Source: a candidate division WS6 bacterium OLB20 (GTDB taxonomy: Bacteria; Patescibacteriota; Dojkabacteria; B142; OLB20). Taken from it: DNA of 64,000 nucleotides. Below the pieces are notes generated by a model. The model searched no databases and had not been told where the DNA came from. It saw only the letters and a list, made by a program, of their open reading frames with translations. The stretch is from assembly GCA_001567355.1 (NCBI GenBank), contig JYNZ01000006.1, positions 18,109-82,108 of the forward strand. The letters run 5' to 3'. A program made the translations under genes and the position numbers. This document shows positions 18,831-28,958 of this stretch, one piece after another; within the stretch, counting starts at the first letter, position 1; each line of letters begins with the position of its first letter.

Positions 18831-19526
18831 ATGGCAGTTAAAAATTATCAGGCAACCATTTCAGAAGTCGAAAAGGCGGCGCATGCCACATACCGGGTAC
18901 GGTTTGCGTTGCCCGAAGGTGAAACGATTGAGTTTCAGCCGGGGCAGTTTATGACCATCAAGGTGTCAGACTCTGCCAGGCGCAGTTATTCCATCGCCTC
19001 AGCCCCGGAGAATAATACGTACCTTGAGACATTTGCCGACACTGTCGCGGGAGGTCCGGGTTCACAGTTTTTTGCTCATGCCGAAGTGGGTGGAAAGGCT
19101 GAGTTCCTTGCCCCCCTTGGCAGATTTGTCTACCGCAGTACTGACCGGCCGGCATACTTTTTTGCAACCGGCACCGGACTGACACCGTTTCTGTCAATGG
19201 TACGCTTTGCGCTGGATACAGAAAAAACAACCCGCAAACTGCACCTGCTGTTCGGATTACGTCACGAAGGCGACATCTTCGCTGAAGATATTCTCAAAGC
19301 CTATGCCGAAAAATACAGCAACTTCAGCTACGAAATCTGTCTGTCCCGGCCTGATGCGGGGTGGACTGGCTTTACAGGCAGGGTGACGGCCAGGATTCCG
19401 GATATCGCGGAGACCGATATTGACCTGTACATTTGCGGTTCCCAGAAGATGATCAATGATGTGGAGTCGGCATTCCTCGCTAAAGGTGTCCCCGAAGCAC
19501 AGATATATTATGAACAGTTCTACTAG
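18831..19526 (+). CDS. FAD/NAD(P)-binding oxidoreductase, ferredoxin-NADP reductase family
   Basis: FAD motif 'RSYSIAS', NAD(P) motif 'GTGLTPF', 'LYICGSQKM'. Confidence 0.75.
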   Translation: MAVKNYQATISEVEKAAHATYRVRFALPEGETIEFQPGQFMTIKVSDSARRSYSIASAPENNTYLETFADTVAGGPGSQFFAHAEVGGKAEFLAPLGRFVYRSTDRPAYFFATGTGLTPFLSMVRFALDTEKTTRKLHLLFGLRHEGDIFAEDILKAYAEKYSNFSYEICLSRPDAGWTGFTGRVTARIPDIAETDIDLYICGSQKMINDVESAFLAKGVPEAQIYYEQFY

Positions 19527-20355
19527 TCTGCGTCTGCTTGTCTATACTGCAGCATCTGTGGCCATTGTTGCTGGTGTGATCCTGTTTGCAGCTGCATATG
19601 CGGGTGCGGTCGAGCTCCCCCGGGCAATTGAACTGGGACCGGTCAGTATCCGTCTGTATGCGATTATTATAATGACAGGAGTGGGCGTGTCCGCCTGGCT
19701 GCTCAGCCGGCATGCGCAGTATCATCCCGAACTTACCGGTTTCAGAGTTGACGATGCTCTGCTCTGGGCTGTGGTGCCGGCGATAATCGGAGCACGTCTG
19801 TGGCACTTTGTGGCTGAATATCCTCTCTATGCTGAAGATCCCATTACCGTTCTGTACATCTGGCAGGGAGGTGTGACCATCCTTGGTGCAATCGCCGGCG
19901 GTGCGCTGGGAGCTGTCATCTATGCACGCAGACAGGGACTGCCTGCACTCAAACTGCTGGAACTGGCATTTGTTTTTGTTCCACTGGCACAGATTATCGG
20001 CCGGTTCGGAAACTTTGTGAACCAGGAGCTGTACGGACCCCAGACAGATCTGCCGTGGGGGGTGTATATTAGCGATACGGGTATGCGGCACCATCCAGCT
20101 TTTCTGTATGAACAGATCGGCAACGCAATCCTGTTCTATATTCTGTACAGAATTTACCGGCGTTACGGTCTGGAGGGCAACGGCCGCCTTGTTGCATCCT
20201 ACCTGCTTGGGTATGCGGCAGTCAGATTTACAGTTGATCTGGTCCGCCTTGACCGGAAAATAGCATTCGGCCTGACCAGTCCGCAGCTGACAGCAGTTAT
20301 AATAGCAGTTGCTGCAGGGCTTTATCTGATACGTTTACGCGTACATCATGACTGA
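19510..20355 (+). CDS. lgt: Phosphatidylglycerol--prolipoprotein diacylglyceryl transferase
   Basis: Lgt signature 'GRFGNFVNQELYGPQTDLPWGV', multiple TM helices. ORF opens at 19456, but the ATG at 19510 is the likely start (overlaps the oxidoreductase end). Confidence 0.85.
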   Translation: MNSSTSLRLLVYTAASVAIVAGVILFAAAYAGAVELPRAIELGPVSIRLYAIIIMTGVGVSAWLLSRHAQYHPELTGFRVDDALLWAVVPAIIGARLWHFVAEYPLYAEDPITVLYIWQGGVTILGAIAGGALGAVIYARRQGLPALKLLELAFVFVPLAQIIGRFGNFVNQELYGPQTDLPWGVYISDTGMRHHPAFLYEQIGNAILFYILYRIYRRYGLEGNGRLVASYLLGYAAVRFTVDLVRLDRKIAFGLTSPQLTAVIIAVAAGLYLIRLRVHHD

Positions 20356-21505
20356 ACCAGTAAGCATCCTTTTTTTCGGTTCCGGCACGTTTGCGGTACC
20401 TGTGTTGCGTGCTCTGCTGCGGTCAGATAGTGTCACTGTTGCAGCGGTCGTGACCCAGCCGGACAAACCGGCAGGCCGTAAAAAACAGCTGCAACCGGTG
20501 CCCGTCAAGCAGATGCTTCTGAAAGAATTCCCCGACATATCCATCGTCCAGCCGGAGCGGTTTCGCGATGAATCGGACGGTATCCTTGCCAGGTTTGAGC
20601 CCGACCTGATCATCGTCGCCGACTACGGGCAGATTTTGCGTCAGGAAACCCTGGACGCGCCGCGGTACGGCAGCCTGAACGTGCATGCCTCGCTTCTGCC
20701 GCGCTGGAGAGGGGCAGTCCCCATACAGATGGCAATACTGCACGGTGACCGCATCAGCGGAGTCACTATTATGCGAATGACTGCAGGACTTGATGAAGGA
20801 CCGATAATCGCCCAGCGCGAGGTCGCGATAAATGATGATGACACAGCTGAGACTCTCGAAGCCAGACTCGCTGAGCAGGGCAGTCATCTTCTGCTCGAAG
20901 TGATACAGCCGTGGATAGATGGCGCTTTGCTGCCACGGGAGCAGGATGACAGTAATGCAACGGTTTGCAGCAAGGCGGACCTTGCCAAGGATAACGCAAT
21001 GATAACAATCGATGACAAACCTGATGAGATACAAAGAATGGTCAGAGCCTACTATCCATGGCCGGTGGCCTGGATGGAGGTGATTGTCCGTGGACAGCGA
21101 AAACGGCTGAAAATTTTTTCTGTCTCAGAAACAGCAAATGCAAGTGCCGGCGATCCTGGGGCTTTTATAAAGGAGGGCAGATCGCTGCTGCTTAATTTTA
21201 CATCCGGTACACTCAGGCTGGATGACATTCAGCTTGAGGGTCTGCGACGCATGCCCGGAAGCGATTATCTCTTTCTGGCGGATAGCCCGATACTTATGTT
21301 CCTGACTGATGTACGAGTACGATTTTTTTTAAATTTCTGGCAAAGTGGCGCGCCTCAGGCAGGTATCCTGAGGGGTACGCATGGCCGCAGACACTGGAGT
21401 TCGGACGCACATTCTGGGAGACGATCAAAACATTGCACAGATATACCGAAAAAGACGGGCATGAGTATGAGGCCAGCCTGTTTTATGAAGGTAATCAGAT
21501 CCTGA
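20348..21505 (+). CDS. fmt: Methionyl-tRNA formyltransferase (C-terminal ~60 aa likely read-through past a T8 homopolymer)
   Basis: 'ILFFGSGTFAVPVL', 'SLNVHASLLPRWRGAVPIQMAIL', 'RMTAGLDEGPI'. Fmt homology ends near 21330; the tail is Arg/His/Ser-rich low complexity. One T fewer at 21323-21330 would give a stop. Confidence 0.85.
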   Translation: MTEPVSILFFGSGTFAVPVLRALLRSDSVTVAAVVTQPDKPAGRKKQLQPVPVKQMLLKEFPDISIVQPERFRDESDGILARFEPDLIIVADYGQILRQETLDAPRYGSLNVHASLLPRWRGAVPIQMAILHGDRISGVTIMRMTAGLDEGPIIAQREVAINDDDTAETLEARLAEQGSHLLLEVIQPWIDGALLPREQDDSNATVCSKADLAKDNAMITIDDKPDEIQRMVRAYYPWPVAWMEVIVRGQRKRLKIFSVSETANASAGDPGAFIKEGRSLLLNFTSGTLRLDDIQLEGLRRMPGSDYLFLADSPILMFLTDVRVRFFLNFWQSGAPQAGILRGTHGRRHWSSDAHSGRRSKHCTDIPKKTGMSMRPACFMKVIRS

Positions 21506-21659
21506 CAACAAAACCTCTGCGTGGAACTGAAAAACAAACGTAACAGCCAACCATTCACTGCAGGTTAAGTTTGTACCCGACAATCACCGTCAGATCTACC
21601 AGAAGCAGATTATTCTTGACGGCTCGGTTATCTCGCGGCAGACAGTCCGCCCGGATCAG

Positions 21660-22010
21660 TTGCCTGACAGGATCGAGTCCGGCTTTCTGTTTAATGTGCA
21701 TACGCATCCGGATCATACTAATTCAAGCGGAGAGAAAACATACGGTTTCTTTTCTGATGTTGATATCACAAGTCTGCTTGGCTCAAATGCGTATCTGATG
21801 GGACTGGTCACTGATGAATTCTGGCTGGCATGCAAAACCTCGTCAGTAATCAAACAGATCGGTGGTGTGGGCCAGGAGATGCTGATGCGTATTACTGAAG
21901 AAACATACGAGAGCCGTGAGTTTCTTGCTGACGTGGTGCGGCGCGAGATGAAAAACTGGGGGCTCGTATTTTACCGCGGGACCTTTTCGGGCAGGCTTGA
22001 GAAGATCTGA
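21660..22010 (+). CDS. Hypothetical protein with HxH...SxxD motif (possible JAB/MPN-like metalloenzyme; weak)
   Basis: 'HTHPDHTNSSGEKTYGFFSDVD'. Only a TTG start is available; the frame is open upstream to 21531 without an ATG. Confidence 0.3.
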   Translation: MPDRIESGFLFNVHTHPDHTNSSGEKTYGFFSDVDITSLLGSNAYLMGLVTDEFWLACKTSSVIKQIGGVGQEMLMRITEETYESREFLADVVRREMKNWGLVFYRGTFSGRLEKI

Positions 22011-22054
22011 AGATTTTGCCGCCTGCTCCTGGTCAGTTATAATAGCCTGATTCT

Positions 22055-22840
22055 ATGAAACAGACTCTGCCAAAACTGAAACGTAATCAGATTGACCTGC
22101 TCAAAGAGCTGATACGCAGCAACCTGAAGTTGCGCTACAGTGATTCCATCCTGGGCGTGCTCTGGGTACTTATGAAGCCGCTCCTCAACTTCCTGACACT
22201 GTTTTTCGTCTTCGGGGCGTTCCGTCAGGGCTTTTCTGATGATAATTTTGCTGCGCGCCTGATGGTTGGACTGATCGTGTATACGTATTTTCAGGAGGGT
22301 ATAACCATCGGTATGAACTCTCTGATCAACATGAGCAACATCATTCTCAAGGTAAACTTCCCGCGCAATCTCGCCGTTCTTGGATCTCTGCTTGTCTCGC
22401 TGGTTAATTTTTTTATCAACCTCCTGATCATTCTTGTCCTGACGCTGACGATCAGTTTTGTTCCCGATCCGGTCGGGACTGTGTACTTTTTTGCCATCAT
22501 GTTTGTCCTGTTTATCTTTATGTACAGTGTGTCACTGATCAGCTCAATACTCGTGATTCGGATCAGGGACCTTCAGAATATTGTGCCGGTGATGTTTCAG
22601 CTCCTGTTCTGGGGATCAGCGATCTTTTACGACATTGATGAGCTTGATGGAACGATCGGTGATATTGTCAGGGCCAACCCCATTGCGATTATTATTGATG
22701 CCTGCAGAAACGCGGTTGTTGACGGTCAGATTACCTATCTGCCGCAGTTTCTGGCATTGATTGCGATTACGCTTGTCATGTTTGTACTCGCGCGTATCTA
22801 CTTCTCTCATCAGGTAAAACTTGTTGCAGAACACATCTAA
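22055..22840 (+). CDS. wzm: ABC-2 type polysaccharide export permease (Wzm/TagG-like)
   Basis: 6-TM ABC-2 pattern, 'LKLRYSDSILGVLWVLMKPLL'. Stop is adjacent to the ATG of the following ATPase. Confidence 0.85.
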   Translation: MKQTLPKLKRNQIDLLKELIRSNLKLRYSDSILGVLWVLMKPLLNFLTLFFVFGAFRQGFSDDNFAARLMVGLIVYTYFQEGITIGMNSLINMSNIILKVNFPRNLAVLGSLLVSLVNFFINLLIILVLTLTISFVPDPVGTVYFFAIMFVLFIFMYSVSLISSILVIRIRDLQNIVPVMFQLLFWGSAIFYDIDELDGTIGDIVRANPIAIIIDACRNAVVDGQITYLPQFLALIAITLVMFVLARIYFSHQVKLVAEHI

Positions 22841-24205
22841 ATGAATACACCGATAATCGAAGTTAACAATCTGACCAAGTACTTCAGTATTCCGCACGAA
22901 CGGCGCGATACGTTGAAGAGTGTTGTAATCAATCCCTTCAAACGCATTAAGAAGGAGACCTTCAGAGCGCTCGAAAATGTCAGTTTTACGATCAACAAGG
23001 GTGAGTTTGTCGGCCTTATCGGTCGTAACGGAAGCGGAAAAAGCACGCTGCTGCAGGTACTTGCCGGTATCTATGCTCCGAGTTCAGGCACCGCGGACGT
23101 GAACGGTACAGTCATCCCGTTTCTTCAGCTGGGCGTAGGCTTTAATGACGAACTGTCGGGTCGCGAGAATGTCTTTCTCAACGGAACAATCCTGGGCATG
23201 ACGCGCGAGTATCTTGAAAAACGCTATGAAGACATTGTCGACTTCGCCGAGATCGGTGACTTTATGGATCTGCAGCTGAAAAACTATTCCAGCGGAATGC
23301 GGATACGTCTTGCGCTGGCGATTGCGGTTCAGGCTCATGCGGACATCTATCTGCTGGACGAGGTGCTGTCTGTCGGCGATGATGCGTTCCGCCAGAAGAG
23401 TCTGGCAAAAATGCAGGAATTTCTCCGTAATGGAGCCACGGTTATTTATGTGTCGCACGGGATGGATACGATCAGACAGATGTGCAGCAGGGTGCTCCTT
23501 CTTGAGGACGGCAAGCTGACATTTGACGGTGATGTGGATGAAGGTCTGACACGCTATCAGCTCTCGTATCTCAATAACAGGCAGGATTCGTCAAAACGGT
23601 TTGGCAAAGCACCTGACGAGCGGGTGATAGATTTCGTTAATCCCTACCGCTCCTCATACGGTGAGGTAAAACTGACGGATGTGAGTCTTAACGGACAGAG
23701 CGACCAGAACACGTTTCACCTTGCTACAGACCAGGAGTACACAATGAGCTTTGAGCTGGAACTTGTCTCTGAAGAGCTGCAGGATCCATGGGTCGGACTG
23801 AGCGCAACCCGGGTGCAGAATCCGGAACTTGATATTTACTATGTCGTAAAGCCTCATGTGCTCGAGGATATAAAAAAACTGAAGAAAGGTGAGAGGCTGA
23901 CGCTTACGTTTAAGGATCGCATGCCGCTAAATCCAGGTGAATATGTCTTCAGGCTGCGAATGGGATCACACGTCGGAGCAGAAGAACGTCAGAAGCACAA
24001 CGCCATGGTTGAAGCCAAGGGACTTAAAAATTATGACCGTTCGAACATGATCTTTCAGCAGGCGTTCATCATCAAAGTAGGACTGTCTGATACTGAACAG
24101 AACGCAGCAGAAAAACGTCCGCGTCAGGGTATGCTGTCCAATAGCGGTACCGTGACTGTTGAACCTGAGGCTGTTGTTTTACAGGCAGTGAATGTTGTAC
24201 TATAA
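22841..24205 (+). CDS. wzt: ABC polysaccharide export ATP-binding protein (Wzt/TagH-like) with extra ~200-aa C-terminal domain
   Basis: Walker A 'GRNGSGKST', signature 'YSSGMRIRLALA', Walker B 'IYLLDEVLSVGDD'. The C-terminal extension is consistent with a substrate-recognition domain. Confidence 0.85.
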   Translation: MNTPIIEVNNLTKYFSIPHERRDTLKSVVINPFKRIKKETFRALENVSFTINKGEFVGLIGRNGSGKSTLLQVLAGIYAPSSGTADVNGTVIPFLQLGVGFNDELSGRENVFLNGTILGMTREYLEKRYEDIVDFAEIGDFMDLQLKNYSSGMRIRLALAIAVQAHADIYLLDEVLSVGDDAFRQKSLAKMQEFLRNGATVIYVSHGMDTIRQMCSRVLLLEDGKLTFDGDVDEGLTRYQLSYLNNRQDSSKRFGKAPDERVIDFVNPYRSSYGEVKLTDVSLNGQSDQNTFHLATDQEYTMSFELELVSEELQDPWVGLSATRVQNPELDIYYVVKPHVLEDIKKLKKGERLTLTFKDRMPLNPGEYVFRLRMGSHVGAEERQKHNAMVEAKGLKNYDRSNMIFQQAFIIKVGLSDTEQNAAEKRPRQGMLSNSGTVTVEPEAVVLQAVNVVL

Positions 24206-24238
24206 TCCCGTAATTCTACTAAGTTACTAGACAATGTC

Positions 24239-25387
24239 ATGAACGAGCCACACGGCGGTAAACTTATCAACCGGATCATCCCGAAAGAGGAGCTTGATCT
24301 GGATAATATCGATCTTGAACTCACACTCGACAGCGACCAGGTGAGTGAGGTGAAAAATATTGCGACTGGTATCTACAGCCCCCTCACGGGATACATGAAT
24401 CAGGATGATCTGGAAAGTGTGATTGCAAAGTCACGACTTGCTGACGGGACACCCTGGACCATCCCGGTGTTTCTCCCGCTGAGCAAGGCAGATTTTGACA
24501 AGGTCAAGCCCGGCTCGCAGATTCTGCTCAAACGCACTGAAGGTGACAGTGATGTCCCGTTCGCTGTTCTGATTGTGTCCAGCACCTTCACGTATGACCA
24601 GGAGGAGTACGTTCAGAGTGTCTATGGCACAAAAGATAGCGACCATCCGGGAGTTGCGATGGTAAAAAGCAGGGAACCCCGTGCCGCAGGAGGAGACATC
24701 TGGGTATTCGGCGAACTGCCCCGGCTGCATGACCAGTATGACATGACACCCGAAGAGACACGTGCACTGTTTGCCAGCAAAGGCTGGAAGACCATCACCG
24801 GTTTTCAGACCCGCAACGCCGCTCACCGGGCGCATGAATTTATCCAGAAACTCTGTCTCGAGTTTGTAGACGGGTTGTTCGTCAATCCGATCATCGGAAA
24901 AAAGAAATCGGGCGACTTCAAGGACGAGGTCATCCTCGCAGTATACAGTATGCTCATCCGCGACTTCTATCCCGATAACTCGACTGCTCTGGGTATTTAC
25001 ACCTCGCGTATGAACTACGCCGGTCCCAAAGAGGCGATCTTTCATGCGATTGCCCGTAAAAACTTTGGCTGTACACACTTCATTGTTGGAAGGGATCATG
25101 CGGGAGTAGGAAATTACTATGACAAGCTTGCCTCTCACAGAATCTTTGACGAATTCGAGGATCTGGGAATAACACCGATGCGTGTAAGTAACGCATTTTT
25201 TGATAAAAAGTCGGACATGTACACAACCCAGAAGACATCACCGTTTGGACCCGAGCACTGGATTGCACCAAGCGGAACCGAGGTTAGGCGTCTTATCAAG
25301 GAAAAGGATTATGACGGGCTGTTCTACATTCTCCGCAAGGAAGTGCTTGACGAGATTTTGAAATTCGACAATCCTTTTGTAGAATAA
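24239..25387 (+). CDS. sat: Sulfate adenylyltransferase (ATP sulfurylase)
   Basis: 'PHGGKLI', 'QTRNAAHRAHE', 'GRDHAGVG'. Confidence 0.9.
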   Translation: MNEPHGGKLINRIIPKEELDLDNIDLELTLDSDQVSEVKNIATGIYSPLTGYMNQDDLESVIAKSRLADGTPWTIPVFLPLSKADFDKVKPGSQILLKRTEGDSDVPFAVLIVSSTFTYDQEEYVQSVYGTKDSDHPGVAMVKSREPRAAGGDIWVFGELPRLHDQYDMTPEETRALFASKGWKTITGFQTRNAAHRAHEFIQKLCLEFVDGLFVNPIIGKKKSGDFKDEVILAVYSMLIRDFYPDNSTALGIYTSRMNYAGPKEAIFHAIARKNFGCTHFIVGRDHAGVGNYYDKLASHRIFDEFEDLGITPMRVSNAFFDKKSDMYTTQKTSPFGPEHWIAPSGTEVRRLIKEKDYDGLFYILRKEVLDEILKFDNPFVE

Positions 25388-25410
25388 ACGTTCATTTTTC
25401 AACTATCAGC

Positions 25411-25956
25411 ATGAAAGTAAAAAACTCGTTTTGCATGTGGTTTACCGGCCTCCCGTCATCCGGTAAAACGACAACAGCTGCAGCACTCAGGCAGCGTCTG
25501 TACGATGAAGGGGTAACCGTGATCCATCTCGATGGTGACGTCGTGCGCAAGGGACTTAACTCTGATCTCGGACTTTCCGAGAAGGACCGTGAAGAAAACA
25601 ACCGCCGTATCATCCATGTCAGTGAGATCGTAGTCAGTGGGGGTGTCCCTGTCTTAAGTTCTTTTATTTCGCCGTTCAAAAAGACGCGTGATTTCGCCAA
25701 AGAGATCATCCCCAATTATATCGAAGTGTACGTCAGTACTCCGGTTGAAGTCTGTATGGAGCGTGATGTTAAGGGACTCTATGCCAAAGCTAAAAAGGGC
25801 GAGATAACCGGAATGACCGGACTGGACGCACCGTACGAAGTCCCCGAGTCGCCGGAGATTGTGCTGGAAACAACAGAGCACTCGCTGAAGGACAATATCG
25901 ACTCCATCGTGCGTTATCTGACAGAGAACGACTATCTGGAGGAGACTGACAGGTAG
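25411..25956 (+). CDS. cysC: Adenylyl-sulfate kinase (APS kinase)
   Basis: 'CMWFTGLPSSGKTT' P-loop, 'SFISPF', 181 aa. Confidence 0.9.
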   Translation: MKVKNSFCMWFTGLPSSGKTTTAAALRQRLYDEGVTVIHLDGDVVRKGLNSDLGLSEKDREENNRRIIHVSEIVVSGGVPVLSSFISPFKKTRDFAKEIIPNYIEVYVSTPVEVCMERDVKGLYAKAKKGEITGMTGLDAPYEVPESPEIVLETTEHSLKDNIDSIVRYLTENDYLEETDR

Positions 25957-26049
25957 CGACCGAATGCTCCTGGTTACAGTGTAACCTGCGGGTTTGCCAT
26001 ACGGACACCCTCTGGTACAATCATATGTACCTGAAACCTGAAGTGTCGC

Positions 26050-26946
26050 ATGAAGAAAATACGTGAGCTTATCCCGGCGCTGTCCCCAAAAGACATCGTA
26101 TTGTTTGGTGTGGGCCGCAGCGGAACAACCTGGCTGGGACAGCTGCTGGCGAGTGCCGGACTTGAATATGTGTTTGAACCCGAAGCCTACTGGAACTTTC
26201 TCCCGCACGAAGAAACCCGCGACCGCAAGCGCTACCCGATGCCGCATCACTACCTGCGCGCAGGTCAGAAGACCCCCTACGATCACTTCTTCACAAAGGC
26301 ATTACGTGGAGAGTACAAGAACGAAGAAACAGTTCGAGCCAATCCCGGAGCAAAGCGCAAGGTAATCAAGGTTATCAGGATGAACCTCATGATCCCCTGG
26401 ATTCTTGAACGGGTGAATGTCCAGCCTGTGTATCTGATGCGTGATCCGATGGCCACAATCGCGTCACAGGTTTCATGCGACTTCGAGACAACTGTCCCGC
26501 GTCTAACCAGCTATTTTTATCAGGATGAGCTGTTTGAGGACCACCTCGAGCCGTTTCGTGACCTTATAGAACAGGCAGATTCAAGCAAAGGCAGAACATC
26601 TTACATTGAGTACCTGACCATTCTCTGGTGTGTTCAGACTTACGTAGCCAGACGACAGGGGGTATTTGATACTGTTCATACCATCAGGTACAGAATGCTG
26701 CTGCTTCAGCCGTATAAGCTGCTCTGGGATATTGCAAACAGATTTTCGCTCGACTTCAATTTTGAGGCTCTGGATCGTGAGATTGCGAAAAAATCATTTA
26801 CCACACACTCGCTCGACGAGAATCACGATCCCCTGAATAACTGGCGGAATGTGTTTTCTGATGACGAAGTAAAGCTGATTGTAGATATCATTAAGGTATT
26901 TGGACTTGCCGAATACATCGGATCAGATGACCTGAAGCAACAGTAA
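26050..26946 (+). CDS. PAPS-dependent sulfotransferase
   Basis: 5'-PSB 'VGRSGTTWLG' and 3'-PB 'YLMRDPMATIAS' motifs. Confidence 0.75.
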   Translation: MKKIRELIPALSPKDIVLFGVGRSGTTWLGQLLASAGLEYVFEPEAYWNFLPHEETRDRKRYPMPHHYLRAGQKTPYDHFFTKALRGEYKNEETVRANPGAKRKVIKVIRMNLMIPWILERVNVQPVYLMRDPMATIASQVSCDFETTVPRLTSYFYQDELFEDHLEPFRDLIEQADSSKGRTSYIEYLTILWCVQTYVARRQGVFDTVHTIRYRMLLLQPYKLLWDIANRFSLDFNFEALDREIAKKSFTTHSLDENHDPLNNWRNVFSDDEVKLIVDIIKVFGLAEYIGSDDLKQQ

Positions 26947-26995
26947 AGCTTTGCCTGTGTATCTGCTATAATTCCCCAAATACTACAAAATCGCT

Positions 26996-28150
26996 ATGAA
27001 GCAAGCACAACCGGCGCTGCCTCCTGTTTTCATTATCGGTGCGGAACGTTCGGGAACAACACTGCTTCGTCTGATGCTCAATGCCCACCCTGACCTTGCA
27101 ATACCCCCGGAGTCTCTGTTCGTTGATGAGCTGTACAGGACGTTTTCCGGTAAGGATCTGACCCGACAAGACATTCCGGTTATTGTTGATGCCATGTTTG
27201 CAGACCTCAAATTCCCGGACTGGGGGCTGGACCGTGCTGAGGTTACAGAAGCGCTGGGACAGCTTTCGACACTTGATCTCAGCTCTGTAGCAGCGGTACC
27301 GTACCGGCTCTACGCGAAGAGGAACAAAGCGAAATTCTGGGGTGACAAGAACCCGTATTATTCCCTCAGGACGGACATGCTGCGTGAGCTGTTCCCTGAT
27401 GCATTGTTTGTTCATCTCAAACGTGATGGCAGGGATAATGTGATCTCGCTGCTTGAGGTAAACTGGGACTTCGGCCCGAAGTCAGTGGCTGATGCGACTA
27501 TCCGCTGGAGAGACTATATTGTGGCTGCCCACAACGCTGCGCAGGAGCATCCTGACAGCTTCATAGAGCTTTCCTATGAGGATCTTGTCTCTCAACCTGA
27601 AGCAGAGATCAAGCGCATCTGTAAGTTCCTCGGACTCGGATTTGATCCGGCTATGCTGGAATTTCATAAAGAGAACGAGGGAGGAAAACTCATTCCCGAC
27701 AGTCAGAAACGCTTTCAGGAGAGTACATTTAAGCCGGTAAACACATCTCGGCTTGGCAGAGGGCTCAGTAAAATGTCTGCATCTGATGTGTTCACTTTCC
27801 AGGCGCTGTCTGTGGATACGCTTCTGGCAAACGGATATGAGTTTCTCGATCCTGTGACAAGAAAACCTGCAGATGCTGCAGCAAACTATGCGCAGTATCG
27901 GACTGCCGGACTGGTGCTCGAGATGGAATCAGAGCTTAAGCGTCAGCTTGCCGATATGCTTGACGAGAGAACCGAGCAGATGCGTCAGGAAAAAGAGATT
28001 GCCGTAAAACGTCAGAACGAATTTATCACAAAAGAGCTTGAACGCATGCACAATCTCATGAAGGATTATGTAGCGGAACGTACCAGCTTTAAACATAAAA
28101 TTGATTACGCACTATCGCGACTTATCCCATGGCGAAGAAAACGCAGATAA
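26996..28150 (+). CDS. PAPS-dependent sulfotransferase (second) with C-terminal coiled-coil tail
   Basis: 5'-PSB 'GAERSGTTLL', 3'-PB 'LKRDGRDNVIS'. C-terminal 'ELKRQLADMLDERTEQMRQEKEIAVKRQNEF'. Confidence 0.75.
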   Translation: MKQAQPALPPVFIIGAERSGTTLLRLMLNAHPDLAIPPESLFVDELYRTFSGKDLTRQDIPVIVDAMFADLKFPDWGLDRAEVTEALGQLSTLDLSSVAAVPYRLYAKRNKAKFWGDKNPYYSLRTDMLRELFPDALFVHLKRDGRDNVISLLEVNWDFGPKSVADATIRWRDYIVAAHNAAQEHPDSFIELSYEDLVSQPEAEIKRICKFLGLGFDPAMLEFHKENEGGKLIPDSQKRFQESTFKPVNTSRLGRGLSKMSASDVFTFQALSVDTLLANGYEFLDPVTRKPADAAANYAQYRTAGLVLEMESELKRQLADMLDERTEQMRQEKEIAVKRQNEFITKELERMHNLMKDYVAERTSFKHKIDYALSRLIPWRRKRR

Positions 28151-28953
28151 ATTTCAGTGTCGTCATCCCGTATTACAATATGGGAGCATATGTCGACGAA
28201 GCGATTGCAGCTGTCGACGCACAGACTCTGGATGGAGTCGAACTGATCATCGTCAATGACGGCTCGACAGAACCCGAGTCTCTTGCAGTGCTTGATCGTA
28301 TCCGTCGTGAACGCACTGATATCAAAATTATCGACCAGCAAAACAAAAAACTCCCCGGCGCCCGCAATACAGGTGTAAAAGAAGCCTCAGGGCGATATGT
28401 AGCCTGCCTTGATGCGGACGATTCATGGGATCCGGAGTATCTGAAGAAGGCATTTGAGGTCTACGAACGCGATACACAGAACATGATTGCAATAGTCACA
28501 AGCTGGGTGCAGTTTTTTGGTGAGCGCAATGATATCTGGCAGGTTCCTGATTTTGATCTCCCGCAGATGTTCATTGCCAACCCGCTGCAGAGTTCAAGCA
28601 CATTCCGCAGGTCTGTCTGGCAGGAGCTCGGAGGGTTTGATGAGACCATGGTGCACGGATATGAGGACTGGGATTTCTGGATGAGAGCTGTAGCAAAGGG
28701 GTACGAATGGCGTTCCATACCTGAGACGCTGATCAGATATCGGAGCAGGTCGGATTCAATGGTGGTTGATTCTGATAAACGGCGCTACGAACTGTACGAG
28801 TACATTCTCACTAAAAACAGTAAAATGCTGGCGGAATCCGCTGTGCCAGTACTGGTGCAGGCACTCAGGAGGTATGATGATTTACACCGGCGGTATAATG
28901 ATGCGAAGGGCCGGTCACTGGTCTCGCGTATTGCCAATCTTATAAAGCCATAA
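28129..28953 (+). CDS. Family 2 glycosyltransferase
   Basis: 'FSVVIPYYN', 'LIIVNDGSTEP', 'ACLDADD'. Confidence 0.8.
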   Translation: MAKKTQINFSVVIPYYNMGAYVDEAIAAVDAQTLDGVELIIVNDGSTEPESLAVLDRIRRERTDIKIIDQQNKKLPGARNTGVKEASGRYVACLDADDSWDPEYLKKAFEVYERDTQNMIAIVTSWVQFFGERNDIWQVPDFDLPQMFIANPLQSSSTFRRSVWQELGGFDETMVHGYEDWDFWMRAVAKGYEWRSIPETLIRYRSRSDSMVVDSDKRRYELYEYILTKNSKMLAESAVPVLVQALRRYDDLHRRYNDAKGRSLVSRIANLIKP

Positions 28954-28958
28954 CAGTT

